A stretch of DNA of 64,000 bases, from the NCBI GenBank assembly GCA_010405405.1, contig MU004235.1, positions 1,192,538 through 1,256,537 of the forward strand, given 5' to 3'. Within the stretch, counting starts at the first letter, position 1. Each line of letters begins with the position of its first letter. This stretch comes from Microthyrium microscopicum (lineage: Eukaryota). The position numbers and the translations under genes were made by a program. The notes under the pieces are model-generated. The model saw only the letters and a list, made by a program, of their open reading frames with translations, did no database searches and was not told where the DNA came from. Of the stretch, positions 13,393 through 26,900 are shown piece after piece.

Positions 13393-15069
13393 CTACACTA
13401 AGTACAATTTCTGACTGATCTTGCTAAGCTTGACCGTCTTCTTTGGGGTCACAGTGAATCGATCTCTTCGTGTTTCCACCTGCTCTCCATCGTTGACCGA
13501 CAGTTCAAACTGTTGAAGAAGCTCAATCAGGAACACTTTCATCATGACTGGTGAGAAGTTCTTCCCAATACATTTTCGACTCCCAATACCAAAACGTAAG
13601 AAACTCCACCGATGATCCTTCGAGGCCAAGTTTGCAAATCGTCGCGGGTAGAACTGCGCTCCTGTAATCTTCGAATCTGGAGGATTCCAAACTGGCGATT
13701 GTGTGTTCAAGCGTGCCCAGTCGACGATGAATGGCACTCCCGCTGGGATCTTGTATCCACTGATGGTCAACTCGTTGGTTGCATATTCAGGTAGACTGAA
13801 CCAAGCAGCTGGAGCAAGTCTGACGGATTCAGTGCAGGTGTAGTCCAGTAAGGTATCGCTTTGCTTGAAATACCTGTCAATCGATTCTTTACCATCCAAA
13901 GCTCGTGAAAGAATTTCTTCTCTCAACTCCGTCTGTGTTTCGCTATTGATTGCCAGGTTGATCATAAGAAATGCGAGGACTCCAGCAGTGACATCAATAT
14001 TTGCAAACAGAATCTCATCAATCGTATGCAGGAACTACAAAGCTCGTCAGCTTCAGAAACAACAGGTTTTTGGCAGATATACCTCCAAAAGTGGTACCGT
14101 TCCATCATCGACTGATCGATACATCGTTGCTACTGGGCAATTCTTGCCCTCTATATTGGCCGCCTCGATTATCTTCGAGTTCCAGTCTCGCCACTGAACT
14201 TCGAAGCTATCCATCTCTGTTTTCGAATTCGTGGGCAAGCTACAATACCATTTGCTACGCTCTAAGCTTCCAAAGAAAGTAGTGCTGACGACTTTTTCAT
14301 GCATGGAGTTCAATCTGAGGAGTTCCACCCAAGCTTCATTGGTCAAAGACTCTCCGTACAAAGCCAAAGCAATGAGTTTGAAAGGAAGGGTCCGTACTGC
14401 TGTTGCCGCATCGACTTGGATAGAGAAGTTTGTTTGTGGATGTTGCTCTGAAGAGTCTGAGCTCGCTTCCAGATCTCGCACCCAATCTTTCACAATCTGG
14501 GAGAGATCTTTCTGCGATGCAATTGCTTTTGCCCAAGAAAGATGTGGGTCGAAAACTCGGCGTGTAGTTTTCCAAGCTTGACCATTCAGAACGCCTACTG
14601 CTTTACCCATAATCCTAATTCTGTTAGCTAGGCGCGTGCGGGCTTCGAATCTCTACTTACCTGCCGAAATAGTGCCCCATATTCATATTTTGAGCCTTTC
14701 CATGCTCTCCAGCTTCTCGGCAATAGAGGCCTTTCATGTGTTCAGGAGTGTGAAGAACAATCTCCGCGTTCCCAGAGTTCCATAAGATATAGGGGTCTTC
14801 CCCAGCCATCATTTTGCCTTCATTGGATATCTCCCGGCCATGAGTAAAGCGCAGGAAACGAGACTCTTTCGGAACTGCCTTCATAACTACACCATTTTGG
14901 TTTCGAAAGTTGCCTCCGTGAGCGATGTAAAGCCGGAACTTGGACCACGCCTAACTGCTTGTTAGTTTAATTAGCTGAAAGAAAGGCACGTGCTGCGTAC
15001 TAGGCGGAGGAACACTTCAATTGTGATAATACAAGCAGCAGCGACATGCAGGAGCTGTGAGAGAGCCAT
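13393..15069 (-). CDS. Cytochrome P450 (GliC-like I-helix), multi-exon
   Basis: Hydrophobic N-terminal anchor from ATG 15069; I-helix DEILFANIDVT; ExxR (ESVR); heme motif FGIGSRKCIG. Confidence 0.92.
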
Positions 15070-15839
15070 TTTGGGTGGACCTTAGTGGAGTATATTCGAG
15101 ATTGAGATCAAATAGACTGAAGAGTGGTTGGAGAAGTCTGAAGAAGGGTCTATAGATGAGTTGAGAGCACCTGGAGGTCTTCAATGTTATTTGAAAAAAG
15201 CGATTACGTCGTTTTGTTTGGATTATGTCTCCGAGAACATGGCAGTCATGATCCATGGACTACCAAGATAAGTGCAATTACAAACTCCGTCAAAACGATT
15301 CGTGGAGATTGATGACAGCTATTTCTGGAATATTCGAGCTGAGCGAGCCATACCTCTTAGTCTGATCGAGACCTCCTGAAAACGGTATGCGGATCCAAGT
15401 CGTAGGAAAGCTCTCCTATCACAGCCTGTACGGGGAGTCTTCAGCGGTGAACTTGGTGGTACAGAAACCAGCAATTATACAGCGTTGCTTTCGACACCGT
15501 AAAGTGTATTGCTCTCTGTGTTACCAAACCTCGCTTCAGCCTGATAGATTCATATCAATGAGCAGAGCTACCATTAATACATAGGCTGTTGACGACTGTT
15601 GAAGCATCATGGCGCTGACAAGAGTCACTCAGCCCCCAATGTCCGACTTGGCTGGATACGGTGAAAGCCGGAAAATCAGAATTCTGTTCAAATGACACGG
15701 GTCTATGAAAGGCTGCAATGAAGTCATCGAGATGTGTTCGTGTTGGAAGCCTTGGGTTTAAAAGGTCCATAGATGCGAAAGTCAGCATTCGAGTCAAAAC
15801 GATTAACCAAACACTGCCGAAAACATTCAAACTCATACA

Positions 15840-17533
15840 ATGTCAACTTTTCTTTTCCCTCCAGACGGTGCCAAGAATGGGGCACGAAGACGTGTGAATT
15901 ATCCAGTTGTACTCAGTGATCTTCTTCGAGGCGCAACCGATGCCATCGACGCACTGAAGCTATTTCTGAACCTCATTGGTGGCGATGACAATGATTCTTT
16001 AAGCTATGGGTTCGGTGCTTTCGATGCTCATGGAGGAGACACTAATTGCCATGTTCGTACGGGGATGTTGCTAGAAACTTATACGATTTACTCGTCGATT
16101 GTCAAGAGAAACTCAAATCAAAGCAAGAAGCTTCGGATTTGGATCGAACGAATCATCAAGAATCTGGAAAGAGTCCAAGCCAAGAGTATAGTCGTCTGTG
16201 TCAAACTCACCTGGGAAGACATGTTGCCCACTGAAGTCAACCTTGGCCTGAAAGAAGACCTCCCAGAACAGATCTTGAGAAAACTTGGATGGACTGAAGC
16301 TCTGGAGTCCCTCATGCCACCCAAAGACGCCAGCGAATGTCCACCGCAAAACCCCTTCCTGCCGCAAGCTGACGGTATCTCTGACCTTGATGTCTCTTGG
16401 AACATCTTCGACTCGACAGTTTTGGTCCGCTTCGTCGTCTACTCTTTCATTCTCGCAAAGTACATGCGGCTCGTCAACACGAACGGATCCACGATTGCTC
16501 GGATCGTCTTTGAAGATGTCGAGACATACACCAATGCACTCATCAAACCTTACTGGAATGGAAAGAACATCAAGTACAAACACGCCAAGATACAGAGAAT
16601 TTTCACCGAGTTTACTCGGATGCAAGCCTGGCTATCAGACATCTCTTGTGCCTGGCTGCACGCTCTTTCTTGTCGGTCTGCTGTGAATGCAGACATGAGA
16701 CTGTAAGTGTCCTAATCACTGTGAGATAAACAAAGCTAATAGAAACCAGACTGGTGACAGACACTATACAGAAAAGCCCAAAGGGAGGTAAATCAGTCGC
16801 CTCCTATCCCGGCTGGCTACTCATACGAGAGTCCTTGGGGATTCTTCAGGCAGATGTCCTCCTCGTTAACCGTCACTTCTGCGGCAACGGATACCACTAT
16901 AACATCTTCACGGGCAAGATTGGTGAAGCCGTCTCATGCCAAACTCGCCCACTTGGTCAAAAGCTCCCCTGGTCGATCACTCAGTCTTCAATCGCCGAAC
17001 TACTCTCCTCGACCGACCAAACCAATCCACACGTCGTAATCGTTGGCAATAGCTTCAGCGGCCCAGACTTTCGCAACATCACTCGCACCAGCCACAAATC
17101 ACGTAGCTGTCCACTGCAGCAATCAGGAACTGAGCTCTGCACAAGTCCCCAGTGTTACGAAAACGATGTCCATCTACGCTCATTCAAGTCCGCCGACCAC
17201 GACGCTATAGGTCTCGCTCTCTTCGCTACCCACAAGCCCTACGCCTTCGATTTGGCCGAAGGCGAAGACGAAATCGAGTACGTTACGAAGCAGATGAGTA
17301 CCTGGGAACAGACAAACCCAGCCTGCGCCAACGTCCAAGGCTTGACGGATGGATGGCTGAGAATTAGACAGATCGAAGACTCACCAGGGGCCTCTGACGC
17401 TGTGCTGCAAATCTTCTCGTGGCAGCATATGTTCGTTGAGACAAAGGGTAGATTGGGAGCGGAGGTGAATGGCTGGATGAAGAATGGAGATCCATATTGT
17501 ACTTCTGTACCCAATGTTTCTACAAAGCATTAA
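15840..17533 (+). CDS. Hypothetical 548-aa protein (exons 15840-16702 and 16750-17533), divergent from the P450
   Basis: Two long ORFs joined in frame by a GTAAGT...GCTAAT...CAG intron; globular composition; no family recognised by eye. Confidence 0.75.
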
Positions 17534-17766
17534 CTTGCAGTAGAATCGGTTAGTTTTGGTTGGCTTTGAAATATATAGAATCTATTAGTATCGCGGGTGG
17601 TTTAATGTATACGATAGTATACTGCTCACAAGATTCACCTATCTACATTCATAGCTCGCCTTGCTTTTACTTTCGCCTCACTATATCGTCCACGCCTCAC
17701 TCTCATATTTACAACTATATAAGCATGATCCCCTCCATAAAATGGCTCATCCCTTCATCCCAACCA

Positions 17767-18143
17767 TGACTCTCATGAAAGTCATTCAGACAACAATGCC
17801 AACGACTGAAGCTTCGAATGTGCGTCTTGAGCTGGATGCTACTTCCGTTGTTTCTCCAAAGTTGACAACAGGCTCTTCCCGTACTCAATCCAATACTATT
17901 AAGGCGCCTTTAACACACTGCTGGTTCATGACAAGATGGGGCACATGCTCTCAAAGATATCAAGATTTCGTCCAAAGACTGGACGGTGGCGCCGGAGAGC
18001 AGCTCTCTCACTGCGAGAACTCCTTCCAATCTTACCGCAGCTGGCTGACCCCAGCACAAATGGATATGGCAGACAAATCGCATATCATCTGTGGCGGTGT
18101 GAACATTGTTGGCGATTCCGACGATGTAATGATTGATGAGTAA
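17767..18143 (+). CDS. Small hypothetical protein
   Basis: ~125-aa ORF between two genes; no recognisable motif. Confidence 0.3.
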
Positions 18144-18205
18144 GGCCAGATGCGTATCATGCGTATCATTATCTTCCTCATCTGGCTCTCACATGCCTCA
18201 CCACA

Positions 18206-20245
18206 TCACCCATCAACATCCATTCTCTCCTCTGCACCGCCAACCATTTGCTCCTCCTCCTGGACCCTGCGATTCTGCACCGTAACGAATCGATCTAACG
18301 CACCACGATCCGCTACCTCCGCGCGAATCCACACCTTTGACGGCGCTGGTTCCGTCCTAACCGCATTCCGTAGCCGCTTCTCCAACCTTTCAGCAGCCTG
18401 ATGCGCATGCATACGCGTCATATGCGACGCGCCGCCCGGAATTGAGGTATGGAATAACTGGACCGTCTCTGCCAGTGTGTCAACTGCCTGATTGAATTCT
18501 CGATGCTCTTGTATGAGCTGTGCAGACACAGGTGACCCACGCCGCGGTGGCGGGACGTCGAAGCCTGCGTCAATGGCCACGTCAAGGGTCTTTAGCTGTG
18601 CAGTGAGCGCCGCGTAGTTGGTAGTTGGTTTGAGTGCGAAGCGCTGCTGAATGAGCAGGACGCAGTGACCAAAGAGAGCGCGATTGGCGAGCGACGCGCC
18701 GAGAATGGTAGACTTGTCGAGGGAGAAGGCGAGGGCTAGTTGACGGCGGAAGTGGTGGGCGCGCGCTGGGGTGATAGGGAGGGCGGAAATGATGCGCTGG
18801 CGGAGAAGGTCGTTTTTGACCATGTCGAAGAGGGAGTATGATATGCGGTTCAGTACGTCCTGAGAGGATTCGGGGAGGGCGGATATTAGTGCTGAGATCG
18901 CTGGGGCGACTTGAATTTGGGGATTGCGGATAATAGTGTCGTCAATGGATAGGCGGATAAGGATATTTATGGTGACTTCGATGGTATTCAGAGGCATAGC
19001 CATAGCTAGTCGCTTGAGTAGGTCTACGATGAAGCGGACACGGAATGATATGTCCCGTTCTGGTGTTTCTGGTGCCTCGTATTCTGCCGTGATGGGTACT
19101 GTATCAGTGGATGATGTTTTGGCGCCTAGTTTTGTGAAAAGGCTGCGGATTGTTTCTGGCTTGAGAACCCCTAGCATGGAAGTTGATGAGGCTGCGCCAA
19201 AAGTGTCCAGATATGAATGCATCAATTCTCCGTCTTCCTCACTGCATAGATCGTCTAACATCCATTGAAGGATCTCAGTCGGGAGCGGGTGGGATTTGGC
19301 AATTCGCTTGACAAAGCCATTTTTGAATGCAGCCTCGCGAGGAAGAGTCGCTACTTGTCGTAAGCTTTGATATCATCAGTTTAGGGTCGAAAACTTACAG
19401 CGTAATGGTTTTGACCAATTGGCTGCCGGTAATGCAAATTTTGGAAATGATGGTGACGGTAAGTCTGGAATCTTCTCATCAAAGAAATGCCAAACGACAG
19501 CCTTTTCCGCAGTCTCAAGACGAGCCATAGCTTCAGTCTTTCTCCTTGCAACAGCCTCCAAGTCCTCATCCTGCTCCCCAGAAGCTCCAAGAACTTTCTT
19601 AGCAAGCTCAAGCGAGGCACTTTCTGACACCTTGACGGGTGTTTGTCCTTCTAGCTCCTTAGTCAAACGTTGAAGTTTAGCTTCAGCTTCCTTGTCCGCG
19701 TTCGCCGACTTTAACAAATCTCCCATCGTCATACGTTTCTTGGGCAGAGAATTCTTCTTATTGATCGCAGCCCTGCTCTTCGTTGGCGGTGCCATTTTCC
19801 GCGCCTTGTCTGCTTTTGCTTGTGCAAGCAGTACTCTGATAACCTCTGGGCCTGGCTCAGATTCATCACCCGAGTCGTCAGAGTCCATGACACCCTTGAG
19901 TTCGCCAACCTGAAATCTTTTACTGTGTGCACTGGACGCATTGCTAGAACGCGGTGCACTAGACAAGGGCGATGTCCGTTGTGGAGGAGGTTTATGAGGG
20001 GATGGGCGCATCGGTAGTGAAGACATTGGCGGAGGTGAGAGCGGCCGTTGAGGGCGTTGTGATACTGGTAAGGGATCTTCTGAAGATGATGAGCAGTCGG
20101 CGAGAAGTGTTTCCATATCAACTCTACTATCAGACTTCTTGGCCGCCAATTGTGCTGGCTTGCTATCTTGAGTTGTTGGCTGAGGGGCTGAGGAAGACGC
20201 AAAAAAGTCCATGATGGATCTGTTATTTGCTAGTTTGGGTGGCAT
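18206..20245 (-). CDS. Uncharacterised protein with disordered basic N-terminus and helical C-terminus; possibly Nse6/SLF2-like Smc5/6 cofactor
   Basis: Two long ORFs (289 and 351 aa) linked by an intron near 19398; PIP-like SIMDFF at the N-terminus; MCB-like ACGCGAAA at 20351 upstream. The gene is well supported, the family guess is weak. Confidence 0.65.
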
Positions 20246-23200
20246 TCTGAGTCGGAAGTGTGGTTTCCCACAGCATTTAGGCTCCTGATTTCAAATCGGT
20301 AAGTTGCGTCAACTTTTCATGTTCAAAGGTGGCAGGTGGTAGGCCAATGGACGCGAAACAGGAAAGCGCGCCAGTGAGGCGCGCTGTCACGTGATTCTAT
20401 CACGACTTCCCTTTTCGGAACATACATGTGGATTCTTTTCGAACTTCAATCATTGCCCAAATGAGCCTCGCGCTCAACCTCAGCTTCAGATCTCGATATG
20501 AACCAGATCGAGACTCATCGCTAGTGGCAAAAGTGATGAGCGATGGACAAACTTGCCTGCCCTCAATAATGTCCTATTCCCAGCCAATACCATCTATCTG
20601 ACGTTTCGAAACGGACCGATAATGCGACCTGTACCGCTGGACTACATAGATACCCTACCTATATTTACCCAATATTTTGCCGCCAGAGGGCACATCGGGG
20701 CACATCGATTTTTGAAAATGACCAGTTCAGGGTCAGGTATTTCGTTCTCAAAAGATGCAAGTGGGTTAACGTTATGGGGGGGCTAAAAGTCAATCTAGAT
20801 CTAGATACAACTCTGATACCAATTTAGATTCGTCACTTGCTGACGCACTGTGCAAGGCGTGCAGTATTCTTAGCTTGTGGTAGTTTGGTGCTTTGTTAGT
20901 GCTATGGAAGTTTACCTAATTTCATAGCATGATCCATGAATTAGTTGTAGGTTTATAGTATTCAGCCATTCATCAATGAAATATGGAAGATTACGACCAT
21001 AGTTAAGTTGAGGCTGAATATGATGACTTAGTCAGGTACCATAACTTTCTAGCCCGACGGCATCATATTTCGAGACACAAAAGGAAAGCTTGATGTGGGA
21101 TTGTTGGAAGATGAATTGTAAACGGAACATTGGCAGTGGGTGGTAAACAGATTCCGAATGACTCTCTATCCAAGTAGGATCAAATGGAACTCTTTCAGAT
21201 ACCATCAGCCAATGTCAGCCAAGTTTAGCTGCGCGGTTGACGGATTGTTCAGAAACTTGTGATGATAGCTGGTTTCTCACGAGCATGAAGTAAGGTTTTC
21301 CTTGGGACACAACAGGACATTGTCAAGGATCAATCTTGTGAAACGGTTTGGTACCTTGCTGCTTGCCGGACACACCCAATCCTCACTGCTGCTCCTGATA
21401 CACTCGAAGATGTTTCGACGGAATACTGTGCAACCGGGGCAGGCGAAACGGTTAGCCTTGGGTTGGGCAACTCATCCTCCTGATCCACGGTCTTGAAGCC
21501 AAGCTATGGATTGCGGTGTGAGATATCACGTTCTCAAAGAGACTCAAAAATAGGCCTGACAGGTCTCTGAGATCGCGTGGAGAGGCGTCGAAGGGGTAAT
21601 CGGAGCTGCGGAGTTTGGAGTTAAAAAAGCGCCATAACATTGGTCAGCGACCCTGGGCGTAGAAGGCTGAAGAACAACTCCTTGGGATGAGGTAAGGCTG
21701 GGTTCAAATACAGGGTAAAATATGGTCAGCCACTGGGTAAACGGTCGAGCATTCTAAGCTCGGGTTTTATGTTCGATGTGGACACAACATATGGTCAGTT
21801 TTCGCCAATGACTTTTGGAAAAACAGAATGGTCACTTGCCTATAGGAGTTGGAGTAGGATCAAATATCGAGGGATATTTGAGTCAGTTAAGACCATATAG
21901 ACAAGGCTGGGGGCTTTGACAGGCATGAAGTCACAAATTGATGGTGCACGCAGCACTCATGGGCATGACAATATTGTGGACAGATGACAATTGGTGTAGG
22001 GGATGCTCTAACAGCATCCTACACACCTGGGGATTTGTTATATCAAAGTCAATTGGGTCAAGCTTAATCTAGGATAGGATCGAGAACTGCTCAGTAAATT
22101 GCGGTGGTTCTCATGTTCAGTTCCTGGCAATTGGTATGCTGAGCACTACGGAGTACCGCGAACTGAGATGGAAGCATACCTCGAAAAAGCTGTATAAACT
22201 AAATTGACACGGGAATGGCGTCTACAATTTGTTCAGCAGACTCTGAACTAGGGGTTTAGACGCGGGTTGTTGAGGGAGTGGGGCGACATGTTTGGTACAT
22301 TGGGAAATGTAGGGAGTCTGCGAGGGTTCAGAGAATCAGAAGTGCAGACTTGTAACTCGCAACATGACACTGAACTCCAAACATTCAGAGGCCAGACGGT
22401 AAATCCTGTGGTGGTCTGGCTGGCCTAGATGAGAGACAGTGCGGAGGCGCTGTAACACTTGCATCTTGCATCTTTGTCAGTCGTTCTCGATTGAAGATCC
22501 AAGTGATTTACCAACAACTCAGTCGTTCATCGTGAAAAAACAGAGACAGAGGCACGGCAAGGACCAGGCTGGCGGAATCTTCACTTTTTTGGAGATTTGA
22601 ACCCGTTTTCGCCATAGTCAGCCGTAAGCCGCTGTTCAATCTTGTAGCCGAGAGCGCGCCAGGAGCCAGGTGGACAGTTTAGTGGGCAGGAAATCGCTTT
22701 TCATTTCAATTACTTGCCCCGAGCACGCCCAAGCCTAGCACCTAAGCACTCGTACCAACAAGATACATCCTTGGCAGAAGATTGCAGTTGTGATATTCTT
22801 TTTTCCTTTTCCACTGCCTACGAAGAAGAAGAGTGGTTTTCGGCACGCTGAGAAGAGGGATAATATTGAGCAACCAGTGGACCAGGGACACGGCGATTGT
22901 TATAGAGAACAAGGTGTGTGCTTATCTGTCCCCAGTTTCCTACCCAGCCCAAAATCAAAGACAGAGCGCAAGCAACGGCAGACAGACAGAAGACTCGTAG
23001 ACTCAAACCTGCCGTTGGTTTGCGAATTGCGGCTCTTGTAACCATTCCTTTTTACGGATACGGAGCATTGTGTTGCAAAATTACCTACTCCTGCCTGTCA
23101 ATTACAGAGTACTTCGCCACTTGTCTATTCTTGTTGGCTCCTTCTTCCAGATCTTCTCCGCTCCTTCCTCCTACACTCGTTGGGTCGTTATTGGCAGTTG

Positions 23201-23464
23201 CTTGTCAGCATTTGTTGAGCAGGCGCGATCGACCAATCTTCAGGCTTTCAAGTCTTTTTAGTTGCTGAACTTGCTGCAGCACAACACCCAAGGCAGGAAG
23301 CACTAACCTTCTCGAGCAGTCGTCTCCCCCCAACCAACTTACCAAGCCACCCGCACCTTCCAAAGCGTCCAAGACCCCGTAGCTCTTTCCTCCCGCTCCG
23401 GTCCATCCGGTACCAGTAATTCTAGCTTGCTTTGCTTACCAAATCTTTCTCTCTCTCCCTCTGC

Positions 23465-23635
23465 AATCCAATCCAATCCTATCCAATCCTATCCTACAGT
23501 ATCCAATCTTCGAACCCGCTTGGACTCCTTGAATCAACGCTACCGGTACATCCATCATACCTGTTGCTGCGAGCAACCTCCTCTTCACATCTCCACCATC
23601 TGCATCTGCATCTCCATCTCCATCTCCATCTCCAC
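23465..23635 (+). repeat. Short simple repeats (ATCCA/ATCCT)n and (CATCTC)n upstream of the flippase
   Basis: aatccaatccaatcctatccaatcctatcc and catctgcatctgcatctccatctccatctccatctcc. Confidence 0.7.
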
Positions 23636-23950
23636 CCTCGCTCCTCATTGTCGCCTCGAGCCTGTCTGCCCTTGCCTCCGCCAGGGCTGCAACTTCACCC
23701 ACCTCCTCGACTCTCTTCACGCCCTGCAAAGTCTATGACCTCCTTGGCTCATTCGCCTACCGCCATCTATCCTCCATTCCCGAGTCCGCGCCATTCTTTA
23801 TCTTGACATTTTCCACCTCTGCTTCTTCAAATCGCCTTTCATCTGATTCTGAACTGTCAATCTCGCAGCCAGGGCGTCATTGAGACGACCCTCCTGCGCT
23901 CGCGACGCCGCTCCCCTTTCATCGCCAGTCCATGAAGCAGGCCTGCCGTC

Positions 23951-26900
23951 ATGGCTCCCCTGGAACGCAAAGATAGTGAGATCTCGACACCAGTCAACCG
24001 GATACGGTGGGCTACTCGTCGAGAGAATGAAGATGGTGGTGTGCGGAAAAGACAGAGTCTAATTCGAAGGCTTGGCCATCGTAGACACAATGCTGAAAAG
24101 AAGACCGTCGTGGCCGACTCAAATCGGACGAGTACTGTGGAAACCGACAAGCCCAACGATGACACGGCAAGGAACTCAGAGTCAAACGAAACCACGCAAT
24201 CGGAACAAGTGGACAACAAAAGAAGAGTCTTTTTCAACATACCTCTGCCCGATGATGCACGAGACGAAGATGGCAAGCCTATAGAAGAATTTGCTCGAAA
24301 CAAGATACGAACCGCAAAATACACCCCCATCAGTTTCATTCCGAAGAACCTTTACTACCAATTTCACAATGTAGCCAATCTTTATTTCCTTTTTATTATC
24401 GTGCTCGGCGTAAGTTCTTCCAGCTCTCGAGAAAGCAATGTCCTAACATATGATGCAGGCGTTTAGTGTTTTTGGCGCGGCCAATCCTGGTCTTAATGCT
24501 GCTCCGCTTCTTTTTATTCTTGCCGTCACTGCAGTCAAAGATGGCATTGAAGATTGGAGGCGAACCACCCTTGATGCAGAACTAAATAATTCACCCGTAC
24601 ACCGACTGTGCGGATACAACAATGTTAATACAGCAGAAGAAACCATATCATTATGGAGAAAAATAAAGAAAGGTACCTCGAAGGGCATCAGAACGGTGTG
24701 GCTCAGGTGGAAGCACAGGAAAACGCCAAAAGGAGAAAAGAGAAAGAGTTTTGCAGAAATGGCCTTGGATGAGTCAAGACCGTCCATAGATACTCGGAGG
24801 CCTTCGCATGCGACCGAACGTGCGCCATCTGCCGCTACTCAACGTGCTTCTTTTGTGTCTGCACGATCGAGGCGAAGTCAAACTGGCGACGACATCCAGA
24901 TGACTCCAGTCCCATCTCCACGCCCTGATCAACAAGGACCTGATGAAGAAAAGGCCTTTACACCTCGCGATGCGGCGCCCTCCGTCCCGTCGGGGCTTCA
25001 CCTTCGCCCTAAACCTGGTGACCTCAAAACCAGCCTGCTCAACCCCCACCGTGAGGTCACTGGTAATGCCAGATTCAAGAAGGATTTTTGGAAAAATGTG
25101 CAAGTGGGCGACTACGTGAGACTCTATGACGGAGAAGAAGTTCCTTCTGATGTTATCGTACTATCAACAGCCGACGTTGATGGTGCGTGCTACATTGAGA
25201 CAAAGAATCTGGACGGTGAGACAAATCTTAAAGTTCGTCAAGCGCTCCGTTGTGGCCGCAGCATAAGACATGCTCGAGATACCGAACAAGCAGAGTTCAG
25301 CATTGAGAGTGAAGGACCGCAAGCCAACCTCTATAGCTTCAATGGCTTGATCAAATGGAAGCAATACAACTCGTCGAACTTCGACGCTCCTCCAGTCGAA
25401 AAGGCTGAACCTATTTCCATTGCTAATCTACTACCCAGAGGCAGCACAGTCCGGAATACGGAATGGATTCTGGGAGTTGTCCTTTTTACTGGAAGGGAAA
25501 CGAAGATCATGTTGAATTCTGGAATTACCCCAAGTAAGCGAGCACGAATTTCCAAGGAGTTGAACTGGAACGTCGTCTATAACTTCATCATCCTTTTCTT
25601 CATGTGTCTCATTGCAGGCATTGTTCAGGGTACAAATTACGGCAAAGGCAACAATTCGCTGGATTACTTTGAATATGGCGGTTTCTCGAGATCTGCCGCT
25701 GTCAATGGCATAATAACCTTTTGGGCGGCTATCATTCTTGTCCAGAATTTGGTGCCAATTTCTCTCTACATAACACTGGAGATTATCAGAACCCTTCAAG
25801 CCGTGTTCATCTATTCAGATATCGGAATGTACTACGCGCCCATCGATTATCCATGCACTCCCAAATCATGGAACATCTCAGATGATCTTGGTCAAGTTGA
25901 ATACATCTTCTCCGACAAAACGGGAACGCTAACTCAAAATGTCATGGAGTTCAAAAAGGCCACGATCAACGGCACGCCATATGGCGAAGCATATACCGAG
26001 GCTCTGGCTGGCATGCAAAGACGACAAGGAGTCGATGTTGAAACAGAAGGAGCCGCAGCAAGAGCTCAAATTGCCGAAGACAAGATCACCATGTTGGAGC
26101 GTCTACGGCATCTCTACAAAAATCCATATTTGCACGATGATAACCTCACCTTTGTTGCACCTGATTTTGTGTCAGACTTGGGAGGTGAAAGCGGTGATGC
26201 GCAAAAAGATGCCAACATCGAGTTCATGACAGCTCTCGCTCTTTGCCACACAGTCATATCCGAGAGAACACCTGGCGATCCTCCGTCCATGGATTTTAAA
26301 GCGCAATCACCAGATGAAGCTGCTCTGGTTGCTACGGCAAGAGATTGTGGCTTCACTGTCCTTGGTCGAAGCGATGACAAGATCACTGTCAACATTCTTG
26401 GAGAGGACCGACAATACACCGTGCTCAGCACTTTGGAATTCAATTCTTCGAGAAAGCGAATGAGTGCTATCGTCAGAATGCCCAATGGCAGCATCAGACT
26501 TTTCTGCAAGGGTGCCGACAGCATGATCTACTCCCGTTTGAAACCAGGATTACAGACTGACCTGCGAAAATCGACCGCCGAACACCTCGAAATGTTTGCG
26601 CGAGAAGGTCTTCGAACCCTTTGCATAGCCTATAAAGATGTCACAGAAAAGGAATTCCAAAATTGGTTCCTCGAGCATGAAGTAGCCGCAGCCGCGCTGA
26701 CTGACCGTGACGACAAGCTCGATGTTGTAGCTGACAAGATTGAGCGCGATTTGCTTCTGATTGGTGGCACTGCCATTGAAGACAGACTGCAAGATGGCGT
26801 TCCTGCTGCGATTCAGCTTCTCGGTGACGCCGGTATCAAACTATGGGTCTTAACAGGCGACAAGGTTGAGACGGCTATCAACATTGGATTCTCCTGCAAC

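Noticed and set aside
20500..23400. Short ORFs in the long intergenic region before the flippase
   Set aside because: No recognisable domains or consistent splice structure.
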